From assembly GCA_026770705.1 (NCBI GenBank), contig JANJGN010000210.1:496001-560000 (forward strand): a stretch of DNA of 64,000 nt. Reading direction: 5' to 3'. Under the pieces are notes generated by a model, which was not told the DNA's origin, did not search any database, and saw only the letters and a program-made list of their open reading frames with translations. The DNA is from Isurus oxyrinchus. Its lineage: Eukaryota. Below are positions 50,030 to 62,100 of the stretch, one piece after another (position 1 is the first letter of the stretch; each line of letters starts with the position of its first letter). The position numbers were made by a program, and so were the translations under genes.

Positions 50030-50640
50030 TTTAGCATTAAGTATTTATTGCCCATCCCTAACTGCCCTTGAAGAAGTGGTGGTGAGCCAACATATTGAAC
50101 TGTTGCAGTCCATGTGGTGTAGGTACACCCACAGTGCTGTTAGGGAGGGAGTTCCAGGGTTTTGACCAAATGACAGTGAGGGAACGGTGGTATATTTCCA
50201 AATCAAGATGGTGAATGGCTTGGAGGGGAACTTCCAGGTGGTGGTATATCCATGCATCTGCTGCCCTTGTCCTAGGTAGTAGAAGTCACAGGCTTGGAAG
50301 GTGTTGTCAAAGGAGCCTTCGTGAGTTGCTGTGGTGCATCTTGTAGATGGTACACATTGCTGCCATTGTGCATTGGTGGTGGACGGAGTGAATGTTGAAG
50401 GTGGTGGGTGGGCTATCAATCAAGCAGGCTGGAAGGTGTGGAAAATCTTGAATGTTTTTGGAGTTGCACTCATCCAGGCAAGTGGAGAGTATTCCATTAC
50501 ATTCCTGACTTGTGCCTTGTAGAATATGGACAGGCTTTGGGGAGACAGGAGGTGGGCTATTCTGCACAGAGTTCCCAGCCTCTGACCTGCTCTTGTCACC
50601 ACTGTATTTATATGGCTAGTCCCATTCAGTTTCTGGAGGA
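50030..50640 (-). mobile_element. Second-family LINE 3' fragment
   Basis: KLNGTSHINTVVTRAGQRLG...YKAQVRNVMEYSPLAW. Confidence 0.85.
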
Positions 50641-50758
50641 TGATGCACACAAGGAAGCTGTGAACAATCTGAGGGTCATAGTGAGGGGAAAGAAAGGTAT
50701 CTGGAAAACAACAGACTCTTAATGTTGTTCCAGGAGAAGTGAGGTCTGGTTGTGCAGA

Positions 50759-50944
50759 TAAAAACAGAAAATGCTGGAAAAACTCAGCAAGTCTAGCAGC
50801 ATCTGTGGAGAGAGAGGCAGAGTTAACGTTTTGAATCCATATGACTTCTTCAAAGCATCATATGGACTCGAAACGTTTACTTTGTTTCTCTCTACACAGA
50901 TTCTGCCAGCCCTGCTGAGTTTTTTCCAGCATTTTCTGTTTTTA
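50759..50944. repeat. Inverted pair of Penelope-type terminal modules (~85-bp arms)
   Basis: aaaacagaaaatgctggaaaaactcagc...ccatatga / tcatatgg...gctgagtttttccagcattttctgtttt. Confidence 0.85.
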
Positions 50945-51184
50945 TTTCAGATTTTCAGCATCCGAGTATTTTGCTTTTATTTTACTGGTTGTGCAGATGT
51001 CAGGTTTTACACAGGACGTGGTCAGCCTGTGGTTTCACCCTGTATGAGGAATCCCTGAATGGTACCATTCAAATCGCTCGATGGGACATCATCTGCTTGG
51101 AGAGGATGGTTTGTGTTACAGCTAATGAGAAGCAGCACACACAGGCACACAAACTCATACACATGCACACCCACATACTCAGAC

Positions 51185-51360
51185 ACACTTCGCTGATGTG
51201 TTGGAAGTTTAAATGACTGAGTGAATCCTTTCCGACACATGGAGCAGGTGAACAGCCTCAGCCCAGTGTGAAGTGCCGCTGGAGATTGGATGAATCAGTG
51301 AATTCAATCTTATAATTGAACAGACAAATGGCCTTTACGTAGTGTGAATGTCCTGGTGAT
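51185..51360 (-). pseudogene. Short C2H2 zinc-finger remnant
   Basis: HTGLRLFTCSMCRKGFTQSFKLPTHQR on the minus strand. Confidence 0.7.
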
Positions 51361-51364
51361 TCAT

Positions 51365-52835
51365 CACAGAATCATACAGTGCAGAAGAGGCCCTTTGGCC
51401 TATCAAGTCTGCACCGACAAGTGAGAAACACCTGACCTACCTACCTAATCCCATTTATCAGCACTTGGCCCATTGCTTTGAATGTTATGACGTGCCAAGT
51501 GCTCATCCGGGTACTTTTTAAAGGATGTTAGGCAACCTGCCTCCACCACCCTCCCAGGCAACGCATTCCAGACCGTCACCACCCTCTGGGTAAAAATGTT
51601 TTTCTTCACATTCCCCCTAGACCTCCTGCCCCTCACCTTGAACTTATGTCCCCTCGTGACTGACCCTTGAACTAAGGGGAACAGCTGCTCCCTATCCACC
51701 CTGTCCGTGCCCGTCATAATCTTGTACATTCGATAAGGTGGCCCCTCAGTCTTCTCTGCTCCAACGAAAACAACCCAAGTCTATCCAACCTCTCTTCATA
51801 ACTTAAATGTTTCATCATAGGCAACATCCTGGTGAATCTCTTCTGCACCCCGTCCAGTGCGATCAGATCCTTCCTATAATGTGGCAACCAGAACTGCACA
51901 CAGCTGTGGCCTCACTAAGGTTCTATACAACTCCAACATGACCTCCCTACTTTTGTAATCTATGCCTCGATTGATGAAGGCAAGCGTCCCATATGCCTTT
52001 TTCACCATCCCACTAACATGCCCCTGTGCCTTCAAAGATCTATGGACACACATGCCAAGGTCCCTTTGTTCCTCAGAACTTCCTAGTGTGACGAAGTTCA
52101 TTGAATACTTCTTTGTGAAATTACTCCTTCCAAAGTGTATCACCTCGCACTTTTCAGGGTTAAATTCCATCTGCCACTTATCTGCCCATTTGACCATCCC
52201 GTCTATATCTTCCTGTAGTCCAAGACACTCAACCTCACTTTTAACCACCCAGCCAATCTTTGTGTCATCCACAAACTTACTAAACTTACCCCCTACATAG
52301 TCATCTATGTCATTTATATAAATCATGAATAATAGGGGACCCAGCACAGATCCCTGTGGTACGCCACTGGACCTTGACTTCCAGTCACTAAAGCATCCTT
52401 CTGTCATCACCCTTTGTCTTCTACAACTAAGCCAATTTTGAATCCACCTTATCAAATTACCCTGTATCCTATGTGTATTTGCCTTCTTTATAAGTCTCCC
52501 ATGTGGAACCTTGTCAAAGGTGTTGCTGAAATCCATATAAACTGCATCAACTACACTACCCTCATTGACACACCTGGACACCTCCTCAAAAAATTCAATC
52601 AAATTTGTTTGACATGACGTCCCTCTGACAAAGCCATGCTAACTATCCCTGATCAAACCTTGCTTCTCCACGTAGAGATAGGCACTCTCCTCCAGAGCTT
52701 TCTCCAATAGTTTCCCTACCACTGACGTGATATTCACTAGCCTGTAGTTCCCTGGCTTATCTCTACAACCCTTCTTATATAGCAGAACCACATTAGCTGT
52801 TCTCCAGTCCTCTGGCACCACCCCCGTGGCCATAC
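51365..52835 (-). mobile_element. Young CR1 LINE, RT domain to 3' end
   Basis: ORF 51874-52602 GVPQGSVLGPLLF...KFVDDTK; same subfamily as 40650-41562. Confidence 0.95.
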
Positions 52836-52849
52836 TTAAGTTTCTTAGT

Positions 52850-54020
52850 TAACTATGGATTGTGCATCCTTCTCATAGAGTCATTCTTTGTCAATGGAAT
52901 ACATTGTTGTTCAGAGTTATGAATTAAATATCTGCCACTCCCGATCTACAGCCTTATCTTTCAACATATTGTTCCGGTCCACTGCAGCCAACCTCTGAGT
53001 TCATCCCTTTATCGTTGCCTTTATTTAACTTTAAGACCCAGTTTCAGACCTAGAGGTTCCTCATCGTCAAATTGAATGTAACGTTCTTTCATGTTATGAT
53101 CACTCTTGACCAGATGATGTTTTAGTATGAAATCATTCCTAATTCTGCCTCATTACACATTTACTTGCCTGTTTCCTCATTAGTTCTAGAATATATTTTT
53201 GGATTAAACTGTCCTGATTATATTCAATGAACTCATCCTCCGCCAATTCGCTTTGTCCAATTTATAAGCAAATTTACACTTACTCATGATTATTGAAGTA
53301 CTTTTCTCACAAGTTCCCATGTTTTCTTCTGTTACTATCAATCCTACCACATCACTACTGTTCGATGACATATAAAATACTCCCAACAGTGGCTTCTTGG
53401 TCTCACTTGTATTATCTCCAAACAAGCTGATTCCACATCTTCATCTTCTGAGCCAAGATAATTTCTCATGACTGTGCTGATTTCAGCCTTTATTACTATA
53501 CCTAACCCGTGACTTTTTCATTTTGTTCTATCCTTCAGAAATGTCAAATACTCCTGAATATTCAGCCCCCTGCCTTAAGAACGTTGCATACACATCCCTG
53601 TATTGGCTGTGATATCATACACCTTTATTTCTAATTGTTCCATCAATTCATACATCTTGTTACAAATGCTGAAGCATTCAGATAAAGAGCTTTTAAATCT
53701 GTCTTTCTGTCAGTTTTCCCTACTCTGACCCTGCTTGCTGTTGCACTCTTATATTTGTACATTCTGTTCCTTCCTATCACACTCTGGTTATCATTACCCA
53801 TATTGCTAGCCTGCACTATTGCCTTGTCCTTTCCCGTCAACTTTCTAACTTTCCCTTCATCCCAAACCTGCCCCCTCCTCCACTATTTAGTTTAGAGCCC
53901 ACTCTACAGCCCTATCTATGTGATTCACCTGGGCACTGATCCCAGTGTGGTTCAAGTGAAGGCCACCCCAATGCTATGGTTCCCTCTTTCCCCATTGTTG
54001 GTGCTAGTGGCCCATGAATC
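52850..54020 (-). mobile_element. Older CR1 5' region (ORF1 end / APE endonuclease remnants)
   Basis: LKALYLNA and LLGVFY fragments. Confidence 0.6.
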
Positions 54021-54039
54021 AAAATCTATTTCTACCAAC

Positions 54040-54310
54040 TGAGGGAGGGTCTGTACTGAGGGAGCGCTGCACTGTTGGAGAGTAAGCACTGAGGGAGCAC
54101 TGCACTATCAGAGACGCAGAAGTGAGGGAGAGCTGCACTTTTGAAGAGTCAGTAATGAGGGAGTGCTGCACTGTCGGAAGGTCAGTACCAATGGGGAGCT
54201 GCACTGTTGGAGAGTCAGTAATGAGGGCGTGCGGCACTGTCAGAGTGTCAGTACTAAGGGAGTGCTGCACTGTCGGAGGGTGAGCACTGAGGGAGTGCTG
54301 CACTGTTGAA
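54040..54310 (+). repeat. ~34-bp tandem repeat amplified from a SINE segment
   Basis: Repeated gtactgagggagtgctgcactgtcggagggtca-type units. Confidence 0.85.
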
Positions 54311-54605
54311 GACAGGTGAGATGTTAAACCACCACTTCGTTTGCTTTCTCTGGTGGATATAAAAGATCCCATGGCCGCTATTTGGAAGCCAAGAGGAGAA
54401 AGTTCTCCCCGGTGTCCTGGGGCCAATATTTATCCCTCTTCCAATGATCTGGGTCATTATCACGTTGCTCTTTGTGGGAGCTTGCTGTGCACAAAATGGC
54501 GTTTCATTACAACAGGGACAACATTTCAACAAGTGATATAATTGGCTGTGATGTTCTTTGGGACGTCCTTAAGCTGTGAAAGGCGCTAGAGAAATGCAAT
54601 ACCTT
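54290..54605 (+). mobile_element. DeuSINE (SacSINE1-like)
   Basis: aaaagatcccatggc...ggtgtcctggggccaatatttatccctc...gtgggagcttgctgtgc...tgaaaggcgcta. Confidence 0.7.
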
Positions 54606-55218
54606 CTATGGCTCTAGGACTGAGAGCTGGGTATTTCTGCTCTCGTCCGGGATCACTGTGTCTAAAAGTTGTCCCCCTTGCTAATTACCTGCCTAAGATT
54701 AGCTAAGCTGTAACTAATTACTTCATCTGCTTGAAGGGGTAAATAGTGGCAGGGCTGTGGGCGGAAGAGCAGGGGGGACAGTTGGATTAATTGGATAGAT
54801 CTTTCAAAGAGACTGCACAGGCACGATGGGCCGAATGGCCTCCTCCTGTGCTATAAATCTCATAACTTTGGTGGCATCCCTTCGTTGCAGGAAACCAATG
54901 GATTAAACAGATAAATGGTAAGGTGAAACACGGTGAGACCCAGTGGTAGTCGACCGACACTTAGTGAATTTAATATTCTCTCTCCTTGTTAAATGTTTAA
55001 TTCTGGCTGGACTTAGATTTCTCATTAAACCCTTACCTGCTGCTAAGAGGCGAGTGATGGATCCCCCAGGCGGGATCCCGCAACTCTTAAACCCCTCCCC
55101 AGGACTGCAATGGTTAGTGGGGGGAATTAATTTCTGGTCTGTTGAGTTGTAATCCGATTGGGTGTCTGGCTTATTGTGAGAGAACATCAAACTGACAGGG
55201 ACAGGGATGATGTTGAGG

Positions 55219-55403
55219 NNNNNNNNNNNNNNNNNNNNNNNNNNNNNNNNNNNNNNNNNNNNNNNNNNNNNNNNNNNNNNNNNNNNNNNNNNNNNNNNNN
55301 NNNNNNNNNNNNNNNNNNNNNNNNNNNNNNNNNNNNNNNNNNNNNNNNNNNNNNNNNNNNNNNNNNNNNNNNNNNNNNNNNNNNNNNNNNNNNNNNNNNN
55401 NNN
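55219..55403. other. Assembly gap (185 N)
   Basis: Run of N. Confidence 1.
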
Positions 55404-55619
55404 AGAGTTCAGTACAGGCAGCACCAGTGCAGCCCTGAATGATCGAGAACATCTCTCTCTGCTGGAGTGAGACTGTCCGCTATGTGGATGCTGCAGGGAA
55501 GGAAGATTGGAAGGACACTTGCAATGAGGAACTCGGTCTCTGGACGGAGCGGAAGTGAATGTGCTACCCAATTTTCAACACCAAATTATCAAGGGGAGAA
55601 AACAGGAATGAAACACCAG

Positions 55620-56250
55620 CAGCAAAAGGTTGGTGATGCAGGTTGATAGAGACATTTAGAAGAGCAATAAACACTTGGTTTCATTTCTAGAGGGTGAGCA
55701 TAGAAAAACAGAGGTTTTGTTCTACCCTGTATCAAGAGATGGGAGCACTGTGCACGGTTCTGGCCTCCATATTATAAAAAAGGATATAGAGGCACCAGAG
55801 AAGATGCAAAACAAATAAGATTTACAAGGATGATTCCAGATCTGAGAGGTTATAACCATCAGGAAAGACTGAACAGGCTGAGGCTCTTTTCTCCAGAAAA
55901 GAGAAGGCTGAGAGGATGACCTGATCATGGTCCTTAACATGATGAAAGGGTTTCGAGCGGGTAGCCATAGAGAAGATGTGGAGGAGACCAGAACTGGACT
56001 GTGGGTGTAGGGACGGTTAGTGGTTATCAATATAAGATAGTCATTAATAAATCCAAAGGGGAATTCAGGACAATTTACCCAGAGAGTGGGAAGAATGTGG
56101 AACTCGCTCCCATAGGGAGTGGTCGAGGTGTATAGCATTTAAGGGAAAGAGTTAGGGGTGGGGGTGGTGGTAGTGGGACTAACCCGATCACTCGTCAGAA
56201 GTTCTGGCATGGACTCGATGGGCTGAATGGTCTCCTTCAGTGCTGCACAA
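55620..56250 (+). mobile_element. Degenerate CR1 3' fragment
   Basis: gagcactgtgcacggttctgg...tttacccagagagtgggaagaatgtggaactcgct. Confidence 0.8.
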
Positions 56251-56999
56251 TTGGGTGAACGGGAGCAAACTTTCAGCCAAGCTTTCTTTCTATATCCAAA
56301 CTGGTTGGGTTAAGACCTGTCAAAACCTAATTGTACCACCGTGTGATAACCCACTTCCTCTCGAAGGTGCTGCACTGCCTCCCTTGTGGGGGACGGGGGA
56401 CAGCTTCGGGGAAATCAGTACGGAGCTGGGAAATGGCTGCTGGTGCCCTCCTGCCACACTTGGTAAAGCCTGGCACCTTCACAGTCAATTATTTGAACTG
56501 TAAATGGTTGGGCATTGATATCGTGACACCTTCCCTACAACCATCAGGGTTGTCGCTCGAGTAAACAAGGAGAAACTGTTTCCAGTGGCAGGAGGGTCGG
56601 TGAACAGAGGGAGACAGATTGAAGTGAATCGGGAAAAAAACCAGAGGGGGAGTTGAGGGGATTTTTTTTTCTACACAGCGAGTTGTTGTGATCTGGGAAG
56701 TGCTGCCTGAAAGGGCGGTGGAAGCAGATTCAACAGGAACTTTCAAAACGGGAATTGAATAAACAGTAGAAGGGGAAATTGTGGCAGGGCTATGGGGGAA
56801 AGAGCGACGTGGGGAAAGTGGGACTAATTGGATAGATCTTTCAGAGAGTCGGCACAGGCACAATGGGCTGAATGGCCACTTCCTGTGTTGTAAGATTTTA
56901 TGAATCATTCATTTCAGCCCACACACTGGATTGTGCACCCTCCACCGTCACTAACTAGCACGTTTGCTTGTTTTTGTCAGTTTTATTCTGTTCTCTGTC

Positions 57000-57660
57000 A
57001 TACCCGCCTCCCTCTCCTGTTCTTCAATTTTCCCTCTCCTCCTCTCCCGCTCTCCCACTCCCCCCGCTCTCTCTCTCCTGCCCTCCCGCTCTCCCACTTC
57101 CCCTGGTCTCTCTCTGCTTCTCTTCCACTTTCCCACTCCCCCTGGTCTCCCTCTCCTTCCCACCCTCTCTCCCATTCTCAGCGGTCTCTTTTTCTCTCCT
57201 TCTCTCCCACCCTCCCACTCCCTGGTCTCCTTCCCTTTCTTTCTGCTCTCCCACTCCCCTGGTCTCTCTCTCTCCTTCCCTCCTGGTCTCCCTCTCCTTC
57301 CCTCCCACTGTCCCACTACACCAGTCTCCCTCTCCTTCTCTCCTGCTATCCCACACCCCCGCTGTCTCCTCCTCTCCTGCTCTCCCATTTTTCCCGGTCT
57401 CTCTCTCCTGCTCTCCCGTTCTCCCCGGTCTCTCCTTCCCTCTCACTCTCCCACTCCCCATGGTGTCTCTCTCCTCTCCCGCTCTCCCATTCTCTCTGGT
57501 CTCTCTCTCTCTCCTTCTCTCCCACTCTCCCACTCTCCCTGGTCTCTCTCTCGTTCTCTCCCACACTCCCATTCTACACGGTCTCTCCCTCCTTGTCTTC
57601 TGCTCTCCCGTTCTCTCCAGTCTCTTTCTCCTTCTCTCCCGCTCTCCCACTCCCCAGTTA
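57000..57660. repeat. Pyrimidine-rich degenerate repeat (resumes at 58730-59230)
   Basis: ctctcccactcccctggtctc units. Confidence 0.9.
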
Positions 57661-57980
57661 GGGGAGGCGATGATGCAGTGATATTGTCGCCTGACTAGTC
57701 ATCCAGAGACCCAGGGTAATGCTTTGGGGGCCTGGGTTCGAATGGTTGTGGGTTCAGATAGTGGAATTTGAATTTAGTAAAAATCTGGAATTAAAAGTCG
57801 TATGATAACCATGAAATCATTGCCGATTGTTGTAAAAACCGACCTGGTTCACTAATGCCCCTTTAGGGAGGGAAATCTGTCATCCTTACTTGGTCTGGCC
57901 TACATGTGACCCCAAACCCTCAGCAAAGTGGTTGACTCCTAACTGCCCTCTGAAATGCCGAGCTGCCACTCAAAACCGCT
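57660..57980 (+). mobile_element. tRNA-derived SINE (MetaSINE-like)
   Basis: gggttcgaat B box and conserved core. Confidence 0.75.
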
Positions 57981-58099
57981 ATAACGTCTCGACAAAGGAA
58001 CGAAACTGGATGGGCCATCTGGCATCGACATAGGCACCGGAAATTACAACAGCAATCTCAGCCCCATCGACCCTAAGTCCTCCTTAATAACACCTGGAG

Positions 58100-58720
58100 G
58101 AACCATATAAATACTGTGGCTACAAGAGCAGGTCAAAGGCTAGTAATCCTGCGACGAGTAACCCACCTCCTGACTCTCTAAAGCCTGTCCATCATCTACA
58201 AGGCACAAGTCAGGAGTATGATGGAATACTCCTCACTTGCCTGGATGAGTGCAGCTCCCTCAACACTCAAGAAGCTGGACAACGTCCAGGACAAAGCAGC
58301 CCACTTGATTGGCAACCCATCCACAAACATTCACGCCCTCCACCACCAACACACAGTCACTGAAGTGTGTACCATCTACAAGATGCACTGCAGGTATTCA
58401 CCAAGACTCCTTTGACAGTATCTTCCAAACCTACGACCACTACCATCTAGAAGGACATGGGCAGCAGATAGATGGGAACACCACCACCCAGAATTTACCC
58501 TCCAAGTCACTCACATCCTGACTTGGAAATATATCGGCCGTTCCTTCACTGTCGCTGGGTCAAAATCCTGGAACCCCCTCCCTAACAGCACTGTGGATGT
58601 ACCTGCACCACAGGGACTGCAGCGGTTCAAGAAGGCAGCTCACCACCACCTTCTCAAGGGCAATTAGGGCTGGGCAATAAATGCTGGCTCAGACAGCGAA
58701 GCCCAAATCCCATGAATGAT
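58100..58720 (+). mobile_element. Second-family LINE 3' fragment
   Basis: MEYSSLAWMSAAPSTLKKLDNVQDKAAHLIG. Confidence 0.85.
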
Positions 58721-59229
58721 TTTTTAAAAAAGTCTCTCTCTCCTTCTCTCCTGCTCTCTCATTCCCCAAGGTCTCCTTCTCCTTCTCTCCAGCTCCCTCA
58801 TTTCCCCTGGTCTCCCTCTCCTTCTCTCCCTGTCCCACCCATCCCGCCTCCTGCTCTCTCTCTCCCCCTTTCCCTTTCTTCCATCCCCATTCATCATCAC
58901 CCTTTCTCGCTCTCTCTCTCTCCCTCGCTCTCCTCTAACCTGTTCTTCCTCTCTACCTCAATCTCTCTCTTTCTCCCCTCTCTCCCCCACAACCCCCTTC
59001 CATCTGCCTCTCTCTGTCTCTCTCTTCCCCTCTCTGTCTCCTTCCCTCTCTTTCTCTCTTCACCCCAACCCCCACCCCCTCTCCCTTCGCTTTCTTCCAC
59101 CCCACCTTTGGAAAATTGAGGGTTTGAATCCCAACTCTGTCTCTTTCTCTCCCACTCTCCCATTTCTCCTGCTCCCTCTCCTTCTCTCCCGTTCCCCTGG
59201 TCTCCTACTCTTACTCTCCCTCTCCCTGT

Positions 59230-59540
59230 TTATACAGAGGAAAGTGTCAGGATGAAATCCAGTGTGTTATAGAGAGGAGAGGGTGTCAGGGTGGAATCCA
59301 GTGGGTGATGCAGAGGTGAGAGGGTCGGGTGGAATCCAATGGGTTTTACAGAGGAGAAAGGGTCAGGATGGGATTCAGTGATTTTTACAGAGGAGAGAGG
59401 GTCAGGGTGGAACCCAGTGGTTTTTACAGAGGAGAAAGGGTCAGGATGGGATCCAGTTGTTTTTACAGAGGGTAGAGGGTCAGGGTAGAATCCAGTGAGT
59501 TATACAGGGGAGAAAAGGTTGGATGGAATCCAGTGGTTTA
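59230..59540. repeat. ~33-bp tandem repeat
   Basis: Repeated tacagaggagagagggtcagggtggaatccagtg. Confidence 0.85.
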
Positions 59541-60469
59541 TTCTTTCCTTCCCTCATATTTTTTCCTCCCTCCCTCCCTCCCTTCCAACAATTTCCACAA
59601 TTTTTTCCTTCCATTCCTTCATCCTTCCTTCCTCATGCATTTCCTCCCTCCCCTTCTTTTAACCTCGGAAGAGAGAGGAGGGCACCCGAGGGTTAGCCTG
59701 AGAGACAGGATTGGCTGGCTGATACCCAGTGAGATTGGCCCATGTGGTTTACATTGGGATTGGAGGTCCACTTAGCAGGAAAAGAGGAGATGATTGGACA
59801 GTCTTCAAAGAGGTAAGTAGAGAGGATGAGGCGGATTTATGTAGGGAAAGAATCTAGAGAGAGAGAGAGGGGAGGAGGCAAAGCAGACTGGCAAGTTTTT
59901 GTCCCTGAGTATAATCCTACCTCTGCAGATCATTATCTATTGATTAATTTAATTCTGTGTGTAGACAGTCGACACACAATGAATGAGTTAAGAATAGTTT
60001 GGGGACTACAATTGTGTAGTTCATATCATGGCTGCTGATAGATTTCATATAATTATCTTCTCAAGATATTGTGAACACACATCCCTCATGTGAACTGATT
60101 AATGCTTATAAATGGTCTGTGCACAATGCTTGACACACAAGATGTTTTACTGAATTAATAAATGTCTTAATGTGGCAGTTTTAATGGAATCGGATTAAGT
60201 TACCATTGAACATCTGGAGATAACACCTTCACTGACCATAATCCTGTTGGACAAAGCCAATTAGATTGGATTAAGAGGCACTGTTTAAGGGTTGTTTATA
60301 TGAACACTTTAGAGAACTATTGTTCACATTTTAGACCTGCCCATGTCCCAAAGCCTTTTATAACAAATGACAGAAGTACCAAACGCAGCTGCCAAATTGA
60401 GCACAGCAAGATCCCGCCAACTTCAAGGTGGTTAATGACCAGATCATCTGATTTAACCCTCCCTGTGTT

Positions 60470-60760
60470 CCTCAATCCTGCCCTCTTGAGCATCCCCGAT
60501 TCCCATCGCTCCACCATTGGCGGCCGTGCCTTCAGCTGCCTAGGGCCCTAAGCTCTGGAATTCCCTCCCTAAACCTGTCCGACTCTCCCTCTCTCTCTCC
60601 TCCTTTAAGATACCCCTTAAAAACTGACCTCTTTGACTGAATTATTGGCTGCAATATCTCCTTATGTGACTTGGTGTCAAATGTAATAACGCTGCTATGA
60701 AACACCTTGGGACGCTTTGCCATGCTAAAGGCGCTCGATAAATATAAGTTGTTGTTGCCG
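60470..60760 (+). mobile_element. L2-like LINE 3' end
   Basis: RSTIGGRAFSCLGP, ctctggaattccct, tail ending aaatataagttgttgttg. Confidence 0.65.
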
Positions 60761-60911
60761 CTATTGCTTCCTTTTTACCCTTGGTGCCTGGATCGCCGGT
60801 ATTGTTGCACCATTTTCCCACTTGGTTGAAGTTAAATTTTTTGCCTTCTTTTCTCTGCATGCTACTGAGGAGGTTGGAGTTCAAAGGCCGCGGCCAATGG
60901 CTGCTCCAAAC

Positions 60912-61175
60912 ATGGCTGCCCTGAATGACTCGCAGATGAGGGAGCTAGGGCACTGGAGCGACTCGACCAGTGAGCAGTAGAGGCATTGCTACAACTACTA
61001 CGTGGCATTGCTCAGCCTCCTGATCTTCGTGGTGGTGTTTGGCAATGTGCTGGTGTGCGTGGCAGTGCCCAGCGAGATCGCACTGCAGACCACCACCAAC
61101 TACCTCATCATCAGCCTGGCTGTGACAGACCTACTGGTGGCCATGCTGGTGATGCCCTGGGTCATCTATCTAGAG
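60912..61175 (+). pseudogene. DRD2: Dopamine receptor D2-family first coding exon (TM1-TM2), pseudogenised
   Basis: MAALNDSQ...[67 protein letters not shown]; in-frame TAG at 60978; similarity ends at YLE, followed by gcaaaa instead of gt. Confidence 0.9.
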
Positions 61176-61434
61176 GCAAAACCATTAGTTCAGTCCCGCG
61201 TATCGATAGGCGGGAGGGCCCCGAAGGGCGTTGGGCCTCGCAGCTACTGACATCACGCCTCAATGATCCCACCCACCGCCAAAGAGGTCCTATGTCCTTT
61301 TCCCACTTCCCTTCCTGGAGACAGTCACTTGCGCATCAGTCACAGCCAGAACAAAGTCTCTCTTCTGGTCATCCATTTCGATACCAGGCGACTGGTGAAC
61401 AACACAAGACTGAACTTGACCATATAGAAACATA

Positions 61435-61563
61435 GGCCAGGATTTTATGGCCCCTCCTGCCTGGCGGGATATTACGATCCCGCCGAACTAAATGGAGATT
61501 TAAATGGCTCGCCACTTCCTCTGGGAGAGAGACACGCTGCGGTGGGGCCATAAAATCCTGGCT
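61435..61563. mobile_element. MITE, probably PIF/Harbinger-type
   Basis: Perfect 19-bp TIR gccaggattttatggcccc / ggggccataaaatcctggc, ATA on both flanks. Confidence 0.75.
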
Positions 61564-62100
61564 ATAGAAAATAGGAGCAGGAGTAGGTCATTCGGCCCTT
61601 GGAGTCTGTTCCACCATTCAATATGATCATTGCTGATCCTCTATCTCAATGCCACACTCCCGTGCTCTCCCCACATCCCTTGATGCCTTTGGAGACTAGA
61701 AATCCATCTATTTCCTTCTCAAATATACTCAGTGACTTCTCTGTGGTAGAGAATTCCACAGATTCACCACCCTCTGAGTGAAGAAGTTTCTCCTCATCTC
61801 CTCCCTCTATGGCCTACCCCATATCCTGAGACTATGATGCCTTGTTCTAGACCACCCCACCAGCCAGAGGAAACGTCATCCCTGCATCCAGTCTGTCCAG
61901 CCCTGTCAGAATTTTATACATTTCAATGAGATCCCCTCCCATTCTTCTAAACTCCAGTGAATACAGGCCTAGTCAGCCCAATCTCTCCTCATAAGATAAT
62001 CCTGCCACACCAGTAATCAGCCTGGTGAACCTTCACTGCACTCCCTCTATGGCAAGTATATCCTTTCTTAGGTAAGGAGACCAAAACTGCACACAATAGG
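61564..62100 (-). mobile_element. CR1 LINE 3' fragment
   Basis: Reverse-complement CR1 tail and RT C-terminus. Confidence 0.85.

Noticed and set aside
54867-54885. TGGTGGCATCC as an LTR primer-binding site
   Set aside because: Only ~8 nt match to a tRNA-Leu end; no LTR or gag/pol nearby.
54903-55571. ORFs spanning the N run
   Set aside because: Artefacts of the assembly gap.
56900-59163. Pro/Ser/Leu- and Glu/Arg-rich ORFs
   Set aside because: CT-rich low-complexity tracts.
60986-61435. 149-aa ORF overlapping the DRD2-like exon
   Set aside because: Alternative frame of GC-rich receptor coding sequence.
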